Shown here: positions 28,604-38,620 of the stretch, piece after piece | Numbering within the stretch: position 1 is the first letter of the stretch | Layout: every line of letters starts with the position of its first letter | Source of the DNA: Desulfobacterales bacterium | GTDB lineage: Bacteria > Desulfobacterota > Desulfobacteria > Desulfobacterales > UBA5852 | DNA: 64,000 nucleotides | Assembly (NCBI GenBank): GCA_963674755.2 | Contig: CAXXVS010000003.1 | Span: 2,656,001 to 2,720,000 of the forward strand | Reading direction: 5' to 3' | Made by a program: the position numbers and the translations under genes | Notes under the pieces: generated by a model | Seen by the model: only the letters and a program-made list of their open reading frames with translations | The model's database searches: none | What the model was told of the DNA's origin: nothing

Positions 28604-29617
28604 ATGGGTTTGAAGCTGTTGCGGATTACAACGATGGCCCTGGTGCTGACCTTTGCGCTGACGGCTCAGGCGGTTGAACTGAAGCTGGCGACCCTTTCCC
28701 CCGAGGGGTCCAGCTGGATGAAGAAAATGCGGGAAGGCGCCCAGCGGGTCGCCCAAGCCACCGACAACCGGGTCAAGTTCAAATTCTACCCTGGTGGGGT
28801 CATGGGCAACGATCAGGCCGTCCTGCGCAAAATCCGCATCGGCCAGTTGCATGGCGGCGCCTTTTCCGGGGGGACGCTGTCGGGCTACTACCCCGACGCC
28901 CAGATTTATGCCATGCCCCTCAAATTCCAGTCCCTGGAAGAAGTCTATTTTGTCCGTCGGCACATGGACCCCCTCATTCAGGAAGGGCTGGAGAAAAACG
29001 GCTTTGTCACGTTCGGACTGGCCGACGGCGGATTTTCCTACATCATGTCCAACCAGCCGGTGGAAAAGGTGGACACCCTGAGAAAGCTGAAGGTATGGAT
29101 TCCGGCCCACGACAAAATGATCATGGAGGCCATGAAGGGGTTCGGCATCAACCCCATCTCGCTGCCCATCGCTGATGTGCGCACCGGCCTGCAGACCGGC
29201 CTGATCGATACGGTGGCCATCAGTCCGGTGGGGGCCATCGTGCTCCAGTGGCACACCCAGGTCAAATACCTCACAGAACTGCCGGTCGTCTATATCTACG
29301 GCATCCTGGCCATCGATCGCCGGGCCTTCGGCCGCATTGCCCCTGCGGACCAGACCGTGGTGCGGGATATCATGGGCCAGGCCTGGACAGAGATGGACAC
29401 CATGAACCGCGCGGACAATGTCAAAGCCCTCCAGGCCATCCGGAAGCAGGGCATCCAGTTTATCGAACCATCACCGGAAATCCGGAAGGGCTGGTACGAT
29501 TTGGCCGCCTCGGTTGACCGACAAATCGTCAGCGCCGGCTATTTTACCCCGGGCATGGTCAGCACGCTCGACGATTACCTCGCGGAGTACCGCTCCCGAC
29601 AGGCCGCCAATCCATGA
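28604..29617 (+). CDS. dctP: TRAP substrate-binding protein
   Basis: LKLATLSPEGSSW, YPGGVMG, RKIRIGQL, LQTGLID. Confidence 0.9.
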   Translation: MGLKLLRITTMALVLTFALTAQAVELKLATLSPEGSSWMKKMREGAQRVAQATDNRVKFKFYPGGVMGNDQAVLRKIRIGQLHGGAFSGGTLSGYYPDAQIYAMPLKFQSLEEVYFVRRHMDPLIQEGLEKNGFVTFGLADGGFSYIMSNQPVEKVDTLRKLKVWIPAHDKMIMEAMKGFGINPISLPIADVRTGLQTGLIDTVAISPVGAIVLQWHTQVKYLTELPVVYIYGILAIDRRAFGRIAPADQTVVRDIMGQAWTEMDTMNRADNVKALQAIRKQGIQFIEPSPEIRKGWYDLAASVDRQIVSAGYFTPGMVSTLDDYLAEYRSRQAANP

Positions 29618-30123
29618 CGACCAGTGCCGCTCCCCGGGGTCTGCGACGGCTGCAGCAGATTTTGCACAGGCTGGAAGATCTCATCATTGCCGGTCTCCTC
29701 ACCGCCACCATGGGGTTGGCCCTCTACCAGATCGTCCTGCGCAATGTGATGGGCGCGGGCATCGTATGGGGCGACATCCTGATCCGTCTGATGGTGCTGT
29801 GGCTCGGCATGGCCGGGGCCATGGTCGCCACCCGCCAGCGCAAACACATCAGTGTCGATCTGGTCACCCGCTACCTGTCCGCCGGATGGCGGCGGGCCGC
29901 GGAAAGCCTGACCACATTGTTCGCCGGGGCGATTTGCCTGATTGCCTTTTACACCAGCCTGCAGTTCGTCATCAGTGAACGCGCCTTCGGCAGCCTGGCC
30001 TTTGCCCAGGTGCCCTACTGGGTCTGTGTCAGCATTCTGCCCGCGGCCTTTTTGGTCATTGCCGTGCGGTATTTGATCCAGTTTTGGCTGACCCTGACCC
30101 GCAGTCCAAAGGCGGCATCGTGA
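29614..30123 (+). CDS. dctQ: TRAP small permease
   Basis: About 4 TMs, QIVLRN, KHISVD; ATGA overlap with dctP. Confidence 0.9.
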   Translation: MTTSAAPRGLRRLQQILHRLEDLIIAGLLTATMGLALYQIVLRNVMGAGIVWGDILIRLMVLWLGMAGAMVATRQRKHISVDLVTRYLSAGWRRAAESLTTLFAGAICLIAFYTSLQFVISERAFGSLAFAQVPYWVCVSILPAAFLVIAVRYLIQFWLTLTRSPKAAS

Positions 30124-31400
30124 CGGCCACGGTTCTTTTCGTGCTCCTGCTTGGCGTGGCCGTCCTGGGGGCTCCCCTGTTTGCCGTGCTGCTGGCGGTG
30201 GCCATGATGGGTTTCTACTCCCGGGGCATCGATCTATCGGCGGTGGCTATTGAAATCTACCGCATCGCCGACATGCCCCTGCTGCTGGCCCTCCCGTTTT
30301 TTGCCTTTGCCGGCTATGTCGTCGCTGCCAGCCGGACGTCCGAACGCCTGGTCCGCCTAACGCGGCTCTTCCTGGGGTGGATGCCCGGAGGCCTGGCCAT
30401 CGTCTCCCTGGTGGCCTGCGCCCTTTTCACGGCGTTTACGGGCGCCTCGGGCGTCACCATCGTGGCCCTGGGGGCGCTGCTCTATCCCGCGCTCACCCAG
30501 GACGGCTACGGGGAACGCTTCAGTCTGGGACTGGTGACGTCTTCCGGCAGTCTGGGACTGCTGTTTCCGCCTTCGGTACCGCTCATCCTGTACGGCGTCA
30601 TCGCCCAGCAACTGGGGGTGGGGCCTTTTTTTGCCATCGAAGAGCTTTTCTGGGCGGGTTTGCTGCCGGGCCTGCTGATGCTGGTACTGCTGTCCGGCTG
30701 GAGTCTCTGGACCAACCGCCACATGGCACGTCCCCGGCAGACGTTTTCTTCCGGCGAGCTTTTCGCCGCCGTGCGTGAAGCGATCTGGGAACTCCCCTTG
30801 CCGGTTTTCCTGATCGCAGGCATCTACGGCGGGTACATGGCCGTGTCCGAAGCGGCCATCATCACGGCCGCCTACGTCGTGGTGGTGGAGGTCTTTATCT
30901 ACCGGGAGATCCGGATCTGCCAGCTGCCGGAGATCATGCGGGATTCCATGGTGATGGTGGGGGGCATCCTGCTGATTCTGGGGGTTTCGCTGGCCTTCAC
31001 CAATTATCTGATCGATGCCGAAGTGCCCATGCGCCTCTTCAATTTGATCCAGCGCCTGGTGGCCGACAAGATCGTTTTCCTGATCCTGCTCAATATCCTG
31101 CTGCTGATCCTGGGGGCGATCCTGGACATTTTTTCCGCCCTGGTCATCATGGTGCCCCTGATCCTGCCCGTAGCGGTCAGCTACGGGATCGACCCCGTGC
31201 ACCTGGGCATCATTTTCCTCGCCAACATGCAGATCGGCTACTTCACGCCGCCCGTGGGGATGAACCTCTTCATTGCCAGCTACCGCTTCGAAAAACCGGT
31301 GGCCGAACTCTACCGGGCCACGATTCCCTTTATGGTGGTGCTGCTGGCGGCCGTGCTGGTGATCACCTACTGGCCGCAGCTGAGCCTGTTCTTCCGTTAA
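30120..31400 (+). CDS. dctM: TRAP large permease
   Basis: LLALPFF, LFPPS, PVHLG, TPPVGMNLF; GTGA overlap with dctQ. Confidence 0.92.
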   Translation: MTATVLFVLLLGVAVLGAPLFAVLLAVAMMGFYSRGIDLSAVAIEIYRIADMPLLLALPFFAFAGYVVAASRTSERLVRLTRLFLGWMPGGLAIVSLVACALFTAFTGASGVTIVALGALLYPALTQDGYGERFSLGLVTSSGSLGLLFPPSVPLILYGVIAQQLGVGPFFAIEELFWAGLLPGLLMLVLLSGWSLWTNRHMARPRQTFSSGELFAAVREAIWELPLPVFLIAGIYGGYMAVSEAAIITAAYVVVVEVFIYREIRICQLPEIMRDSMVMVGGILLILGVSLAFTNYLIDAEVPMRLFNLIQRLVADKIVFLILLNILLLILGAILDIFSALVIMVPLILPVAVSYGIDPVHLGIIFLANMQIGYFTPPVGMNLFIASYRFEKPVAELYRATIPFMVVLLAAVLVITYWPQLSLFFR

Positions 31401-31560
31401 ACCGCGCTTACGAATCCCATTGTGCGGCAGCGTGCCATAGGAATGACCGCGGCCCGGATTGGCGCTTTTCAACCGCGGCTAGAAATCCCCATTATTGGCA
31501 GCCAAGGGTTGAAGCCGCCGAGGTTTCCCTCTATAGTCAGGTGCAGGAAACGCTAATCGG

Positions 31561-31747
31561 GCCCACCTATAAATGGCATCTTGCGGCCCCTGGGCGGTGT
31601 TCTCGCTTGTTTCCAATCCTCGCAATAGCGGGCTATTCCCCCGGTTGACACCCACCGTTCGGAATAGATCAGACGGGAAGTCCCGCGGAGCGGGAAAACA
31701 CGCTCGGGCCTTGCCAGGAACCAAAGTCCACCAGTTAGGAACGGGCA
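31561..31747. mobile_element. Shorter/diverged family A element, copy 3
   Basis: Shares taaatggcatcttgcggcccctgg, the hairpin core and ggccttg..aaccaaa with the 24048 copy. Confidence 0.6.
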
Positions 31748-31792
31748 TTAATCTATCTTTAACAAGTTAAAACCAATGAGCGGAGACTGATT

Positions 31793-32215
31793 GTGGGGTT
31801 TTTTAAAACATCCAGGGATTCATCGATCGATCTTCCCGCGGGTAAGGAAGCATTCCAGCGGGCCGTTGAAAAGGAGCGCTACCGGTCGGATCGCAGCAAC
31901 CAAACCTATTCGCTTCTGATCCTGTCGCTGGCGATTGAAAACGAATCAGACGAGCGCATTCACCAGGCCATCGCCACGATCCGCGAGCGCATCCGGACCA
32001 TCGACGAAATCGGCTGGTACGACGAAAACCAATTGGGCCTTATTCTGCCTTTTACCGCCATGGACGGGGCCAATCGTTTGGCTGACGAGATCTGCGGCAT
32101 TATCCGTTCGCATTTGGAACCCGCCGAGTTTCTGGCCTGCGAGCTTTTCAGCTATGATCCGGAAAAGGTCCCTGAATCCGAAATACCTGTATGGAAGAAA
32201 AATCTGCAGGATTGA
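31793..32215 (+). CDS. Degenerate stand-alone GGDEF-like domain protein
   Basis: E..RS.R....SLL and RTIDEIGWYDENQLGLILP.T...GA..LA align with the GGDEF core. Confidence 0.6.
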   Translation: MGFFKTSRDSSIDLPAGKEAFQRAVEKERYRSDRSNQTYSLLILSLAIENESDERIHQAIATIRERIRTIDEIGWYDENQLGLILPFTAMDGANRLADEICGIIRSHLEPAEFLACELFSYDPEKVPESEIPVWKKNLQD

Positions 32216-32530
32216 TTTAGAGAGAGCATCTGCTATTTTTCCCACATACTGCGGAATCAGTTTGCCTGCAAAATCCAATGCCGTATTTCCGCAAGAGAAT
32301 TTTCCTAAATGCAGAGGGAAATTTCTATCAGGGGGATGCCGAATCGATTTTGGAATTGGATAGGTGAGCAATCATATTTGAGGGATCTTCATAATTATAG
32401 ACAGTTGGACAGTGGCGCATAATCACCTATTTTGATGACAGCGTTTTTTTTTTGTGATACCCTACATCTCCCGCCATTAATCAAGAGGTTCACCTCCTTC
32501 CTATGGCAATTTTCATAAATGAGGAACTGC

Positions 32531-33511
32531 ATGCAGCAAATAGCCTTTACCGACATAGATGATATAAAAGTAGGGCATGCGCACAATATAGATGCTGGAA
32601 CGGGTTGCACTGTCGTCATCTCTGAAAATGGCGCTACGGCTGGAATCGACGTCAGGGGCGGAGCCCCGGGAACACGTGAAAGTGACCTGCTCAATCCTGT
32701 AAACCTTGTGGAAAAGATACATGCGATCGTATTGTCTGGAGGCAGTGCATTCGGTCTCGATGCTGCTTCCGGTGTGATGCAATATCTGGAAGAGAGAGAT
32801 GTCGGTTTTGATGTCCAGGTCACCAAGGTTCCGATTGTATGCGGAGCGGTTTTGTTCGATCTTGCTGTGGGCAATCCTCGAATACGGCCGGATAAAGAAA
32901 TGGGCTATCAAGCGAGTCGGAATGCTACAAATCTTGCTTGTGCAGAAGGCTGTGTCGGTGCCGGTACGGGTGCAACGGTGGGTAAGATATTAGGCCCGGC
33001 AAGGTCCATGAAAAGCGGGCTTGGCTGTTATGCTATTCAGGTTGATGAATTAAAGATAGGTGCGATTGTTGCGGTAAACTGCCTTGGGGATGTGATCGAT
33101 CCCGAGACAGGCGAACGACTTGCAGGACTATTAGACGATGATCTGACGCAAGTGGCCGATACCGAAGAAATAATGATTCAGTCCTGTACAGAAAAGAAGA
33201 ATCTATTTGCCGGTAACACAACAATTGGAATCATTGCCACAAATGCGATATTGACAAAATCCCAGGCTACCAAACTGGCCTCAATGGCGCAAAACGGCTA
33301 CGCAAGAACGATGAGACCTGCACATTCCATGGTCGATGGGGACACCATATTCACCATGGCAACTGGGCACATTGAGGCAGACGTGAGTGTTCTCGGCCTA
33401 CTGTCGGCGAGAGTAATGGAGAGGGCCATCATTGCTGCCGTAAAGAAGGCTCATTCTCTTTTCGGGCTCAAATGCTGGGCAGATATGGAAGAGGCGAAAA
33501 GCAAGTTGTAA
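32531..33511 (+). CDS. P1/S58 family (DmpA-like) peptidase
   Basis: GCTV, DVRGGAPGTRE, GGSAFGL, GAGTGA, NTTIG, DGDT.F. Confidence 0.92.
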   Translation: MQQIAFTDIDDIKVGHAHNIDAGTGCTVVISENGATAGIDVRGGAPGTRESDLLNPVNLVEKIHAIVLSGGSAFGLDAASGVMQYLEERDVGFDVQVTKVPIVCGAVLFDLAVGNPRIRPDKEMGYQASRNATNLACAEGCVGAGTGATVGKILGPARSMKSGLGCYAIQVDELKIGAIVAVNCLGDVIDPETGERLAGLLDDDLTQVADTEEIMIQSCTEKKNLFAGNTTIGIIATNAILTKSQATKLASMAQNGYARTMRPAHSMVDGDTIFTMATGHIEADVSVLGLLSARVMERAIIAAVKKAHSLFGLKCWADMEEAKSKL

Positions 33512-33701
33512 GGCTATCATCTGAAGTAGCTTTTGGCATTGAACAAGGCTAAGAATGAAAGTCGTTGCCCAAGCGCTTTCACATCCGACCGGGTTTCCTG
33601 CCATTCCGGCGGCATTTTGGCTGCAAGGCAGATCTTATACGCAGCCGCTCAATCCCCAAGTCCAGATTTCAAAGCCGTGGAATAAATCATCCGACTGCAA
33701 A

Positions 33702-34145
33702 TCAATAAATCGATTTGACTTCCGCCAGAACGAAAGAACTGCGGGTGGCGGAAACGCCCCGGGCATTGAATACGTCCTGCAACACGACTTGGGAATAATG
33801 CTGCATATCCCGGGCGACGATTTCCAACATCAGGTCGACGTCTCCCGAAACGGCAAAAACGCTGACAACCCCCTCGATTTTCGCTAAATTATCCGCCAAC
33901 TCCTTCCAGCCCACGGCTGCATCACGGATCACGCCGCAATAGGCGCGAACGGAAAGCCCCAACTTCTTCCGATCGGTGAGTGCCCGATAACCGACAATGA
34001 CCCCTTCCTTTTCGAGTCGCGCAATCCGCCGTGAACAACTGGAATGGGACAGGTTGACCTGTCCGGCGATATCGATGTTGGACAGCCTGCCATTGGATTG
34101 AAGCGCCGCAATAATCTTCCTGTCGTAATCGTCGAGTTTGACCAT
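33702..34145 (-). CDS. Lrp/AsnC family regulator
   Basis: LDDYDRKI..LQ.NGRLSN HTH; divergent from azlCD. Confidence 0.92.
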   Translation of the reverse strand: MVKLDDYDRKIIAALQSNGRLSNIDIAGQVNLSHSSCSRRIARLEKEGVIVGYRALTDRKKLGLSVRAYCGVIRDAAVGWKELADNLAKIEGVVSVFAVSGDVDLMLEIVARDMQHYSQVVLQDVFNARGVSATRSSFVLAEVKSIY

Positions 34146-34342
34146 GTGCAAACCTTTTGCATTAAATGCCATTCGATCGGATCTTTCAGTCTAAAATTAA
34201 CATAAAAGACCGATAGATGCAAAAAATTAGCGATAATAGTCAAAAAGTAATAATATATTGCAATATTATGCTTATGTTTGTAGGTTTGCATTCATTGGCA
34301 AAGAACAACCATCAACCTGTTTAGCCGCCGAGGTTTTCACAT

Positions 34343-35062
34343 ATGACGTCATACTCCGTTGCAGCAAGCAGCTCCCCTTTAAAGGATGGCTTGAGCGCGG
34401 GGTGGCCCATCTGCTTGGGTTACCTCCCCATCGGTATAGCCTTCGGGGTTCTGGCTCAGAAGGCAGGTCTTACGCCGGTTCAAATCGGCCTGATGTCCAT
34501 TATGGTGTTTGCCGGCAGTTCCCAGTTTATCGCTGTTTCCATGATTGCCGCCGGAGCCTCCGCAACGGCCATCATCACGACCACCTTTGTGGTCAATTTG
34601 CGCCACGTCTTGATGAGTTCCAGCCTTGCCATTTATTTAAAGTCGGCTCGCCGAGGATTGCTGGCCCTGTATGCCTATGGCGTGACCGACGAAAGCTTTG
34701 CCGTCAACCTTCCCCGGTTCAATGCCAACGACTGGAGCCTGGGGCGAGCCCTGGTTGTTAATCACGCCGCCAACCTCACCTGGTTCTTGAGCACCGTGGC
34801 CGGCGGCATCGGCGGCCGGTTTATTCCCGAGGGCGCCCTGGGCATCGATTACGCCCTCATCGCCATGTTCATCTGCCTGCTTATCTACCAGATTAGGAAA
34901 TGGATTCATTTGCTCACCGCTGTGATCGCCGGCATAACTGCCGTGGGGTTGGCTCTGAAGTTCCAGGGCAACACCTATATTGTCATCGCTTCTGTGATTG
35001 CCGCTACGGCGGGTGTGATCATCCAAAACCAAGCCATGCGAAGGAAAAGGGACAATGGCTGA
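34343..35062 (+). CDS. azlC: AzlC family branched-chain amino acid exporter
   Basis: GYLPIG, FAGSSQF, NLRH, TDESFA. Confidence 0.92.
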   Translation: MTSYSVAASSSPLKDGLSAGWPICLGYLPIGIAFGVLAQKAGLTPVQIGLMSIMVFAGSSQFIAVSMIAAGASATAIITTTFVVNLRHVLMSSSLAIYLKSARRGLLALYAYGVTDESFAVNLPRFNANDWSLGRALVVNHAANLTWFLSTVAGGIGGRFIPEGALGIDYALIAMFICLLIYQIRKWIHLLTAVIAGITAVGLALKFQGNTYIVIASVIAATAGVIIQNQAMRRKRDNG

Positions 35063-35396
35063 TTATCTGACATTGCTTGTCGGAATGGGGTTGGTGACTT
35101 ATCTGCCCCGCTGGATGCCGCTGCATTACCTCTCACGGCGCTCCCTTCCGGATTGGTTCATCCAGTGGTTGGGATTGATCCCATCGGCCATTTTGAGTGC
35201 CCTATTGTTGCCGGTCCTGGTTCTCGGTGAAAACCCACGTCACATCGATTTCCTGCGTCCCGAGTTGTGGGTGGCGCTGCCCACGTTCGCCTTTGCCTGG
35301 TGGACGCGGTCGTTGGGTGGAACAGTGGTCGTGGGAATGCTGCTGTTTTGGTTAGTGGGAAAGATCGACCCGCTGTGGATCGCATGGTTGAGATGA
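35055..35396 (+). CDS. azlD: AzlD domain protein
   Basis: MGLVTYLPR..P, P.AILSALL; overlaps azlC. Confidence 0.88.
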   Translation: MADYLTLLVGMGLVTYLPRWMPLHYLSRRSLPDWFIQWLGLIPSAILSALLLPVLVLGENPRHIDFLRPELWVALPTFAFAWWTRSLGGTVVVGMLLFWLVGKIDPLWIAWLR

Positions 35397-35929
35397 AGTA
35401 AATCTGTGGGCGTGCAAAATAAGGGCGGCTCGGCCGGAATCCAGCCGCCGGCAATGAAATGACGTTGCCGGTTCGGCGCGTAGTGCCATCCAAGTATTCA
35501 GGTACGTGGCGGGGACGGCCTAATGCTGGGAAATGCGGGGCAGGGGATTAGCGTATCCTATTTGAAATATTGTCATCTTACGGACAGTGGCACGTAATCT
35601 GGATATTTGGCAGGTACAATTTCGGTGGGTTTATCTCAATGTAACTGTATTAGGACTACTGGCGGCTTTGGATGTTTGTTGCCCTATTTCGACGCCACCT
35701 TTTTGACTCCAAAATTCAATTGATCTCTACTCGTATTCCTTACAGGTCACTGTTACCTGATTTTCCCAATAGGCACTCAATTTATAAAAAATTGGGTATC
35801 TTCTTACCTAAGCGCCAATCATAGAAATCCTCTTAAATTTATATATCACTGAAATTATGTAGCTTTCCGGAATCGTAGGTTTGTGTATATTTCTTGCATA
35901 TGCTCATAACAATTTCCGAACCAAAATTG

Positions 35930-36046
35930 GATCTAAAGCCAACCTGCTTTTAGGGGGCGGAAAGCTACGGGTCTAATAGCGCGGTCAAATTTACTTTTTG
36001 ATTAGCATCCTACAAATTCCAGCGCTTTAGATAGCCGAGCTGCCGA
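35930..36046 (+). ncRNA. c-di-GMP-I (GEMM-I) riboswitch, atypical
   Basis: AAAGCCAACC..GGCGGAAAGCTACGGGTCTAA...TTAGATAGCCGAGCTGCCGA matches the class I consensus blocks. Confidence 0.75.
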
Positions 36047-36090
36047 ATGCGACATCGTCAAGAGCGCATGCGGTTTAGCTCGGCTTTTTT
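36033..36090 (+). terminator. Riboswitch expression-platform terminator
   Basis: agccgagct...agctcggct followed by a T-run; the 5' arm is the aptamer's 3' strand. Confidence 0.75.
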
Positions 36091-36469
36091 ATTACCGATC
36101 ATCTACGAATAATTTAAAACGATAAAGCCAAACCTGTTGTGAGGCAAGGGGAGAACGGCTTCTTCGGGACGAGAGGTTACTGCCAATCTATAGTAGGCCT
36201 TTTCTTTTGGCATAACCTTGACCATGGGTCAATTGTTTTGCGAATTGATAGAAGAATCCGCATGACTATAGGCAGAGTTATCCAACAAACAGTGCTGTGC
36301 AACACATGCACAATAATTGTTTTCCCATCTATTTTCTTCTTGGCGATAGCGAGAACCGATATGAAAGGTACTCTTGTAGTATTAACACAAGGGAAACTAA
36401 ATCAGAAAGGAGGAATCATCGGCTGTTAAAGGCAAAAATCCTTAATAGCAAGCGAAGGGGGAGGTAAAA

Positions 36470-38116
36470 ATGAATGGTAAAAAAGCATGTATTATTTTGA
36501 TACTCTCTTTTGTGATCACTACGATGGTTTTATTCTCGCCCCAAGCCAGCCAAGCATTTTGGGAAGGCATGAATATTTCCGAGAAGTTGGATGAATTTGA
36601 GATGCTGGACCTTGAAACCTATCTTGAAGAAAATTTCGGGGGCGAGCAAGGTCCTTTGGGATACCCACCGCAGTATTCCGACAACGACGCTATCCTCATA
36701 AACTATGGCGTGAAGCTTAACATACCTGACAAGACTTGGGGCGAATTTACCTTGATTAGCGCCATGGGTTTTTTCGGGGGGCAATATGATTGTACAGGGT
36801 TGCCTGGGGCACCTCCTCCGGATGGTACGGGCGTATCCCGCTGCGGGGCTGTCTTGATCGACATGGAGGGGAACCTCATCAACGGATGGGCGACCCCCGC
36901 GCTGGGAATTCCGTCCAAGATGCTGCCCAACGGAGACGTATTGCTGGGTCAAGATGGTGGTCTTGAAGGTATTTTAACGCAGGTGAACTGGCACGGAGAA
37001 AGGATCAATCAGTGGGGTCCTATGCACCATGATCACCAGCGCGAGGGCAATCCGGTGGGCTACTATGCGCCAGGACAATTCGCCCAGTCCGATTCTGGCA
37101 TCACCATGCGCATGGACCGAGAAGAAGAAGCGGATAGGCCTGACATCGGCGGCGATCGCATTCTGGAGGATGACCTGATCATTCAAGAGGACTGGGACGG
37201 TACGGAAACATGGCGATGGAAAGCCAGCGACCACTATTTCGCGGATGACACAGGAAATTTGGGTTTTGGATTGGATGCCAACGCCCAGTGGGCCGTAAAG
37301 TACGGGCCTTATGTGAATGGATTCTTTGCGCACGATTACACCCATGCCAACTGTGCGTCTTGGCTCGGGCCCAATCCCTGGTTTAAAAAACCCCATGGTG
37401 AGAAGGACTACCGTTTCCACCCCGAGAATATCATTGCCGACTTCCGCTCTCAGAATATCCTCTTCATTATTGCCCGCTTCGACCACCCGGACGGCCTTTT
37501 CAAGGAAGGGGACATCGTGTGGCGAGTCGGACCAAATTTTACCGCTGACATGCCCGAGCACAAAATAGGCCAAATTATTGGGCCCCACGGCACCCACATG
37601 ATCCCCAGGGGGCTTCCTGGCGCGGGCAACATCCTCGTTTTTGATAACGGCGGCATGGCTGGCTTCGGGTCTTATTTCCCCGGCAGCAGGGCGCCACTTA
37701 ATCAAGAGGGTAATAATCCAAACGGCGAGATCGGAACCTATCCGAACAAATTTAGAAGCTATTCCCGGGTTATCGAATTCAACCCGATCACTCTGGAAGT
37801 AGTCTGGGAATACCTTCAGCCGAATCCCACAGAGGACCTCGACGGGGACGGGGAAACGATCGGAAATGAACGCAAGTTCTTCGCCTCCCATTATAGCAAT
37901 GCTCAGCGCTTAAAAAACGGCAACACCCTTGTTACCGAAGGCAACGCTGGCCGCGTTTTCGAGTTGACGCCTGAGGATGAAGTTGTCTGGGAGTACGCGG
38001 CTCCTCCTAACCCATCTGGTGGCTGGGGGATGACTTGGGGTGACTATCGTGCTTACCGGGTCCCTGCCTCGTGGGTGTACCGTCAGATTAATCCTGTTGA
38101 AGGGGTGGATGATTAA
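36470..38116 (+). CDS. Secreted aryl-sulfate sulfotransferase (ASST family)
   Basis: Signal peptide; HHD, HAN, DFRSQN, GNILVFDNG, SRVIE, AQRL.NGNTL.TEG beta-propeller motifs. Confidence 0.8.
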   Translation: MNGKKACIILILSFVITTMVLFSPQASQAFWEGMNISEKLDEFEMLDLETYLEENFGGEQGPLGYPPQYSDNDAILINYGVKLNIPDKTWGEFTLISAMGFFGGQYDCTGLPGAPPPDGTGVSRCGAVLIDMEGNLINGWATPALGIPSKMLPNGDVLLGQDGGLEGILTQVNWHGERINQWGPMHHDHQREGNPVGYYAPGQFAQSDSGITMRMDREEEADRPDIGGDRILEDDLIIQEDWDGTETWRWKASDHYFADDTGNLGFGLDANAQWAVKYGPYVNGFFAHDYTHANCASWLGPNPWFKKPHGEKDYRFHPENIIADFRSQNILFIIARFDHPDGLFKEGDIVWRVGPNFTADMPEHKIGQIIGPHGTHMIPRGLPGAGNILVFDNGGMAGFGSYFPGSRAPLNQEGNNPNGEIGTYPNKFRSYSRVIEFNPITLEVVWEYLQPNPTEDLDGDGETIGNERKFFASHYSNAQRLKNGNTLVTEGNAGRVFELTPEDEVVWEYAAPPNPSGGWGMTWGDYRAYRVPASWVYRQINPVEGVDD

Positions 38117-38162
38117 AAAATCCTGGTTAGGGTGCAAATAACCGGGGAAGATGTAATCTCAA

Positions 38163-38192
38163 AAGGGCAGGGTCGCCGATGATCCTGCCCTT
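38163..38192. terminator. Stem-loop after the ASST gene
   Basis: aagggcagggtc-gccgat-gatcctgccctt. Confidence 0.55.
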
Positions 38193-38490
38193 ATAAATCT
38201 ATAGATATCCTAATCGGGAATCATGCTAAAGGATTGGCCCCATTTGGATACATCTATGGATAGATCAGACTGCGATATTATTGGGTGAACAAGTAGCAAT
38301 GATATGGTCATATACAGAGCACTCTTTCAGAATTATGTTTCTCTAAAGCGGCACCTATCTCCAACTAGTCCGTAAAACTCCCAGAATTGTGTTAGCTGCT
38401 ATTAAACAAAAAAATTCGAACTCGCCCACCACTCTGAGATAGCGATTTTTAATTTGCACATAGAAGAAACACCGGATTTAAGGTGGCCAA

Positions 38491-38532
38491 ACGAAAAAGC
38501 GGTTCAGGCATTTGCCTGAACCGCTTTTTCGT
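38491..38532. terminator. Bidirectional intrinsic terminator
   Basis: acgaaaaagcggttcaggca-tt-tgcctgaaccgctttttcgt, perfect palindrome downstream of the aminotransferase. Confidence 0.8.
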
Positions 38533-38620
38533 ATCCGGCCACAAGGGTCGGCTTTACCCATCTGTCTGCCCGAAGTGCGCGATGTCCGCGGATAGCACGG
38601 CGATTATCGCAATGGACTCA

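Noticed and set aside
35883..35898. sigma54 promoter upstream of the riboswitch
   Set aside because: TTGCA is present but there is no GG at -24.
36139..36429. 96-aa ORF in the ASST leader
   Set aside because: GTG start lies inside the aptamer remnant, no RBS, and the sequence is not protein-like.
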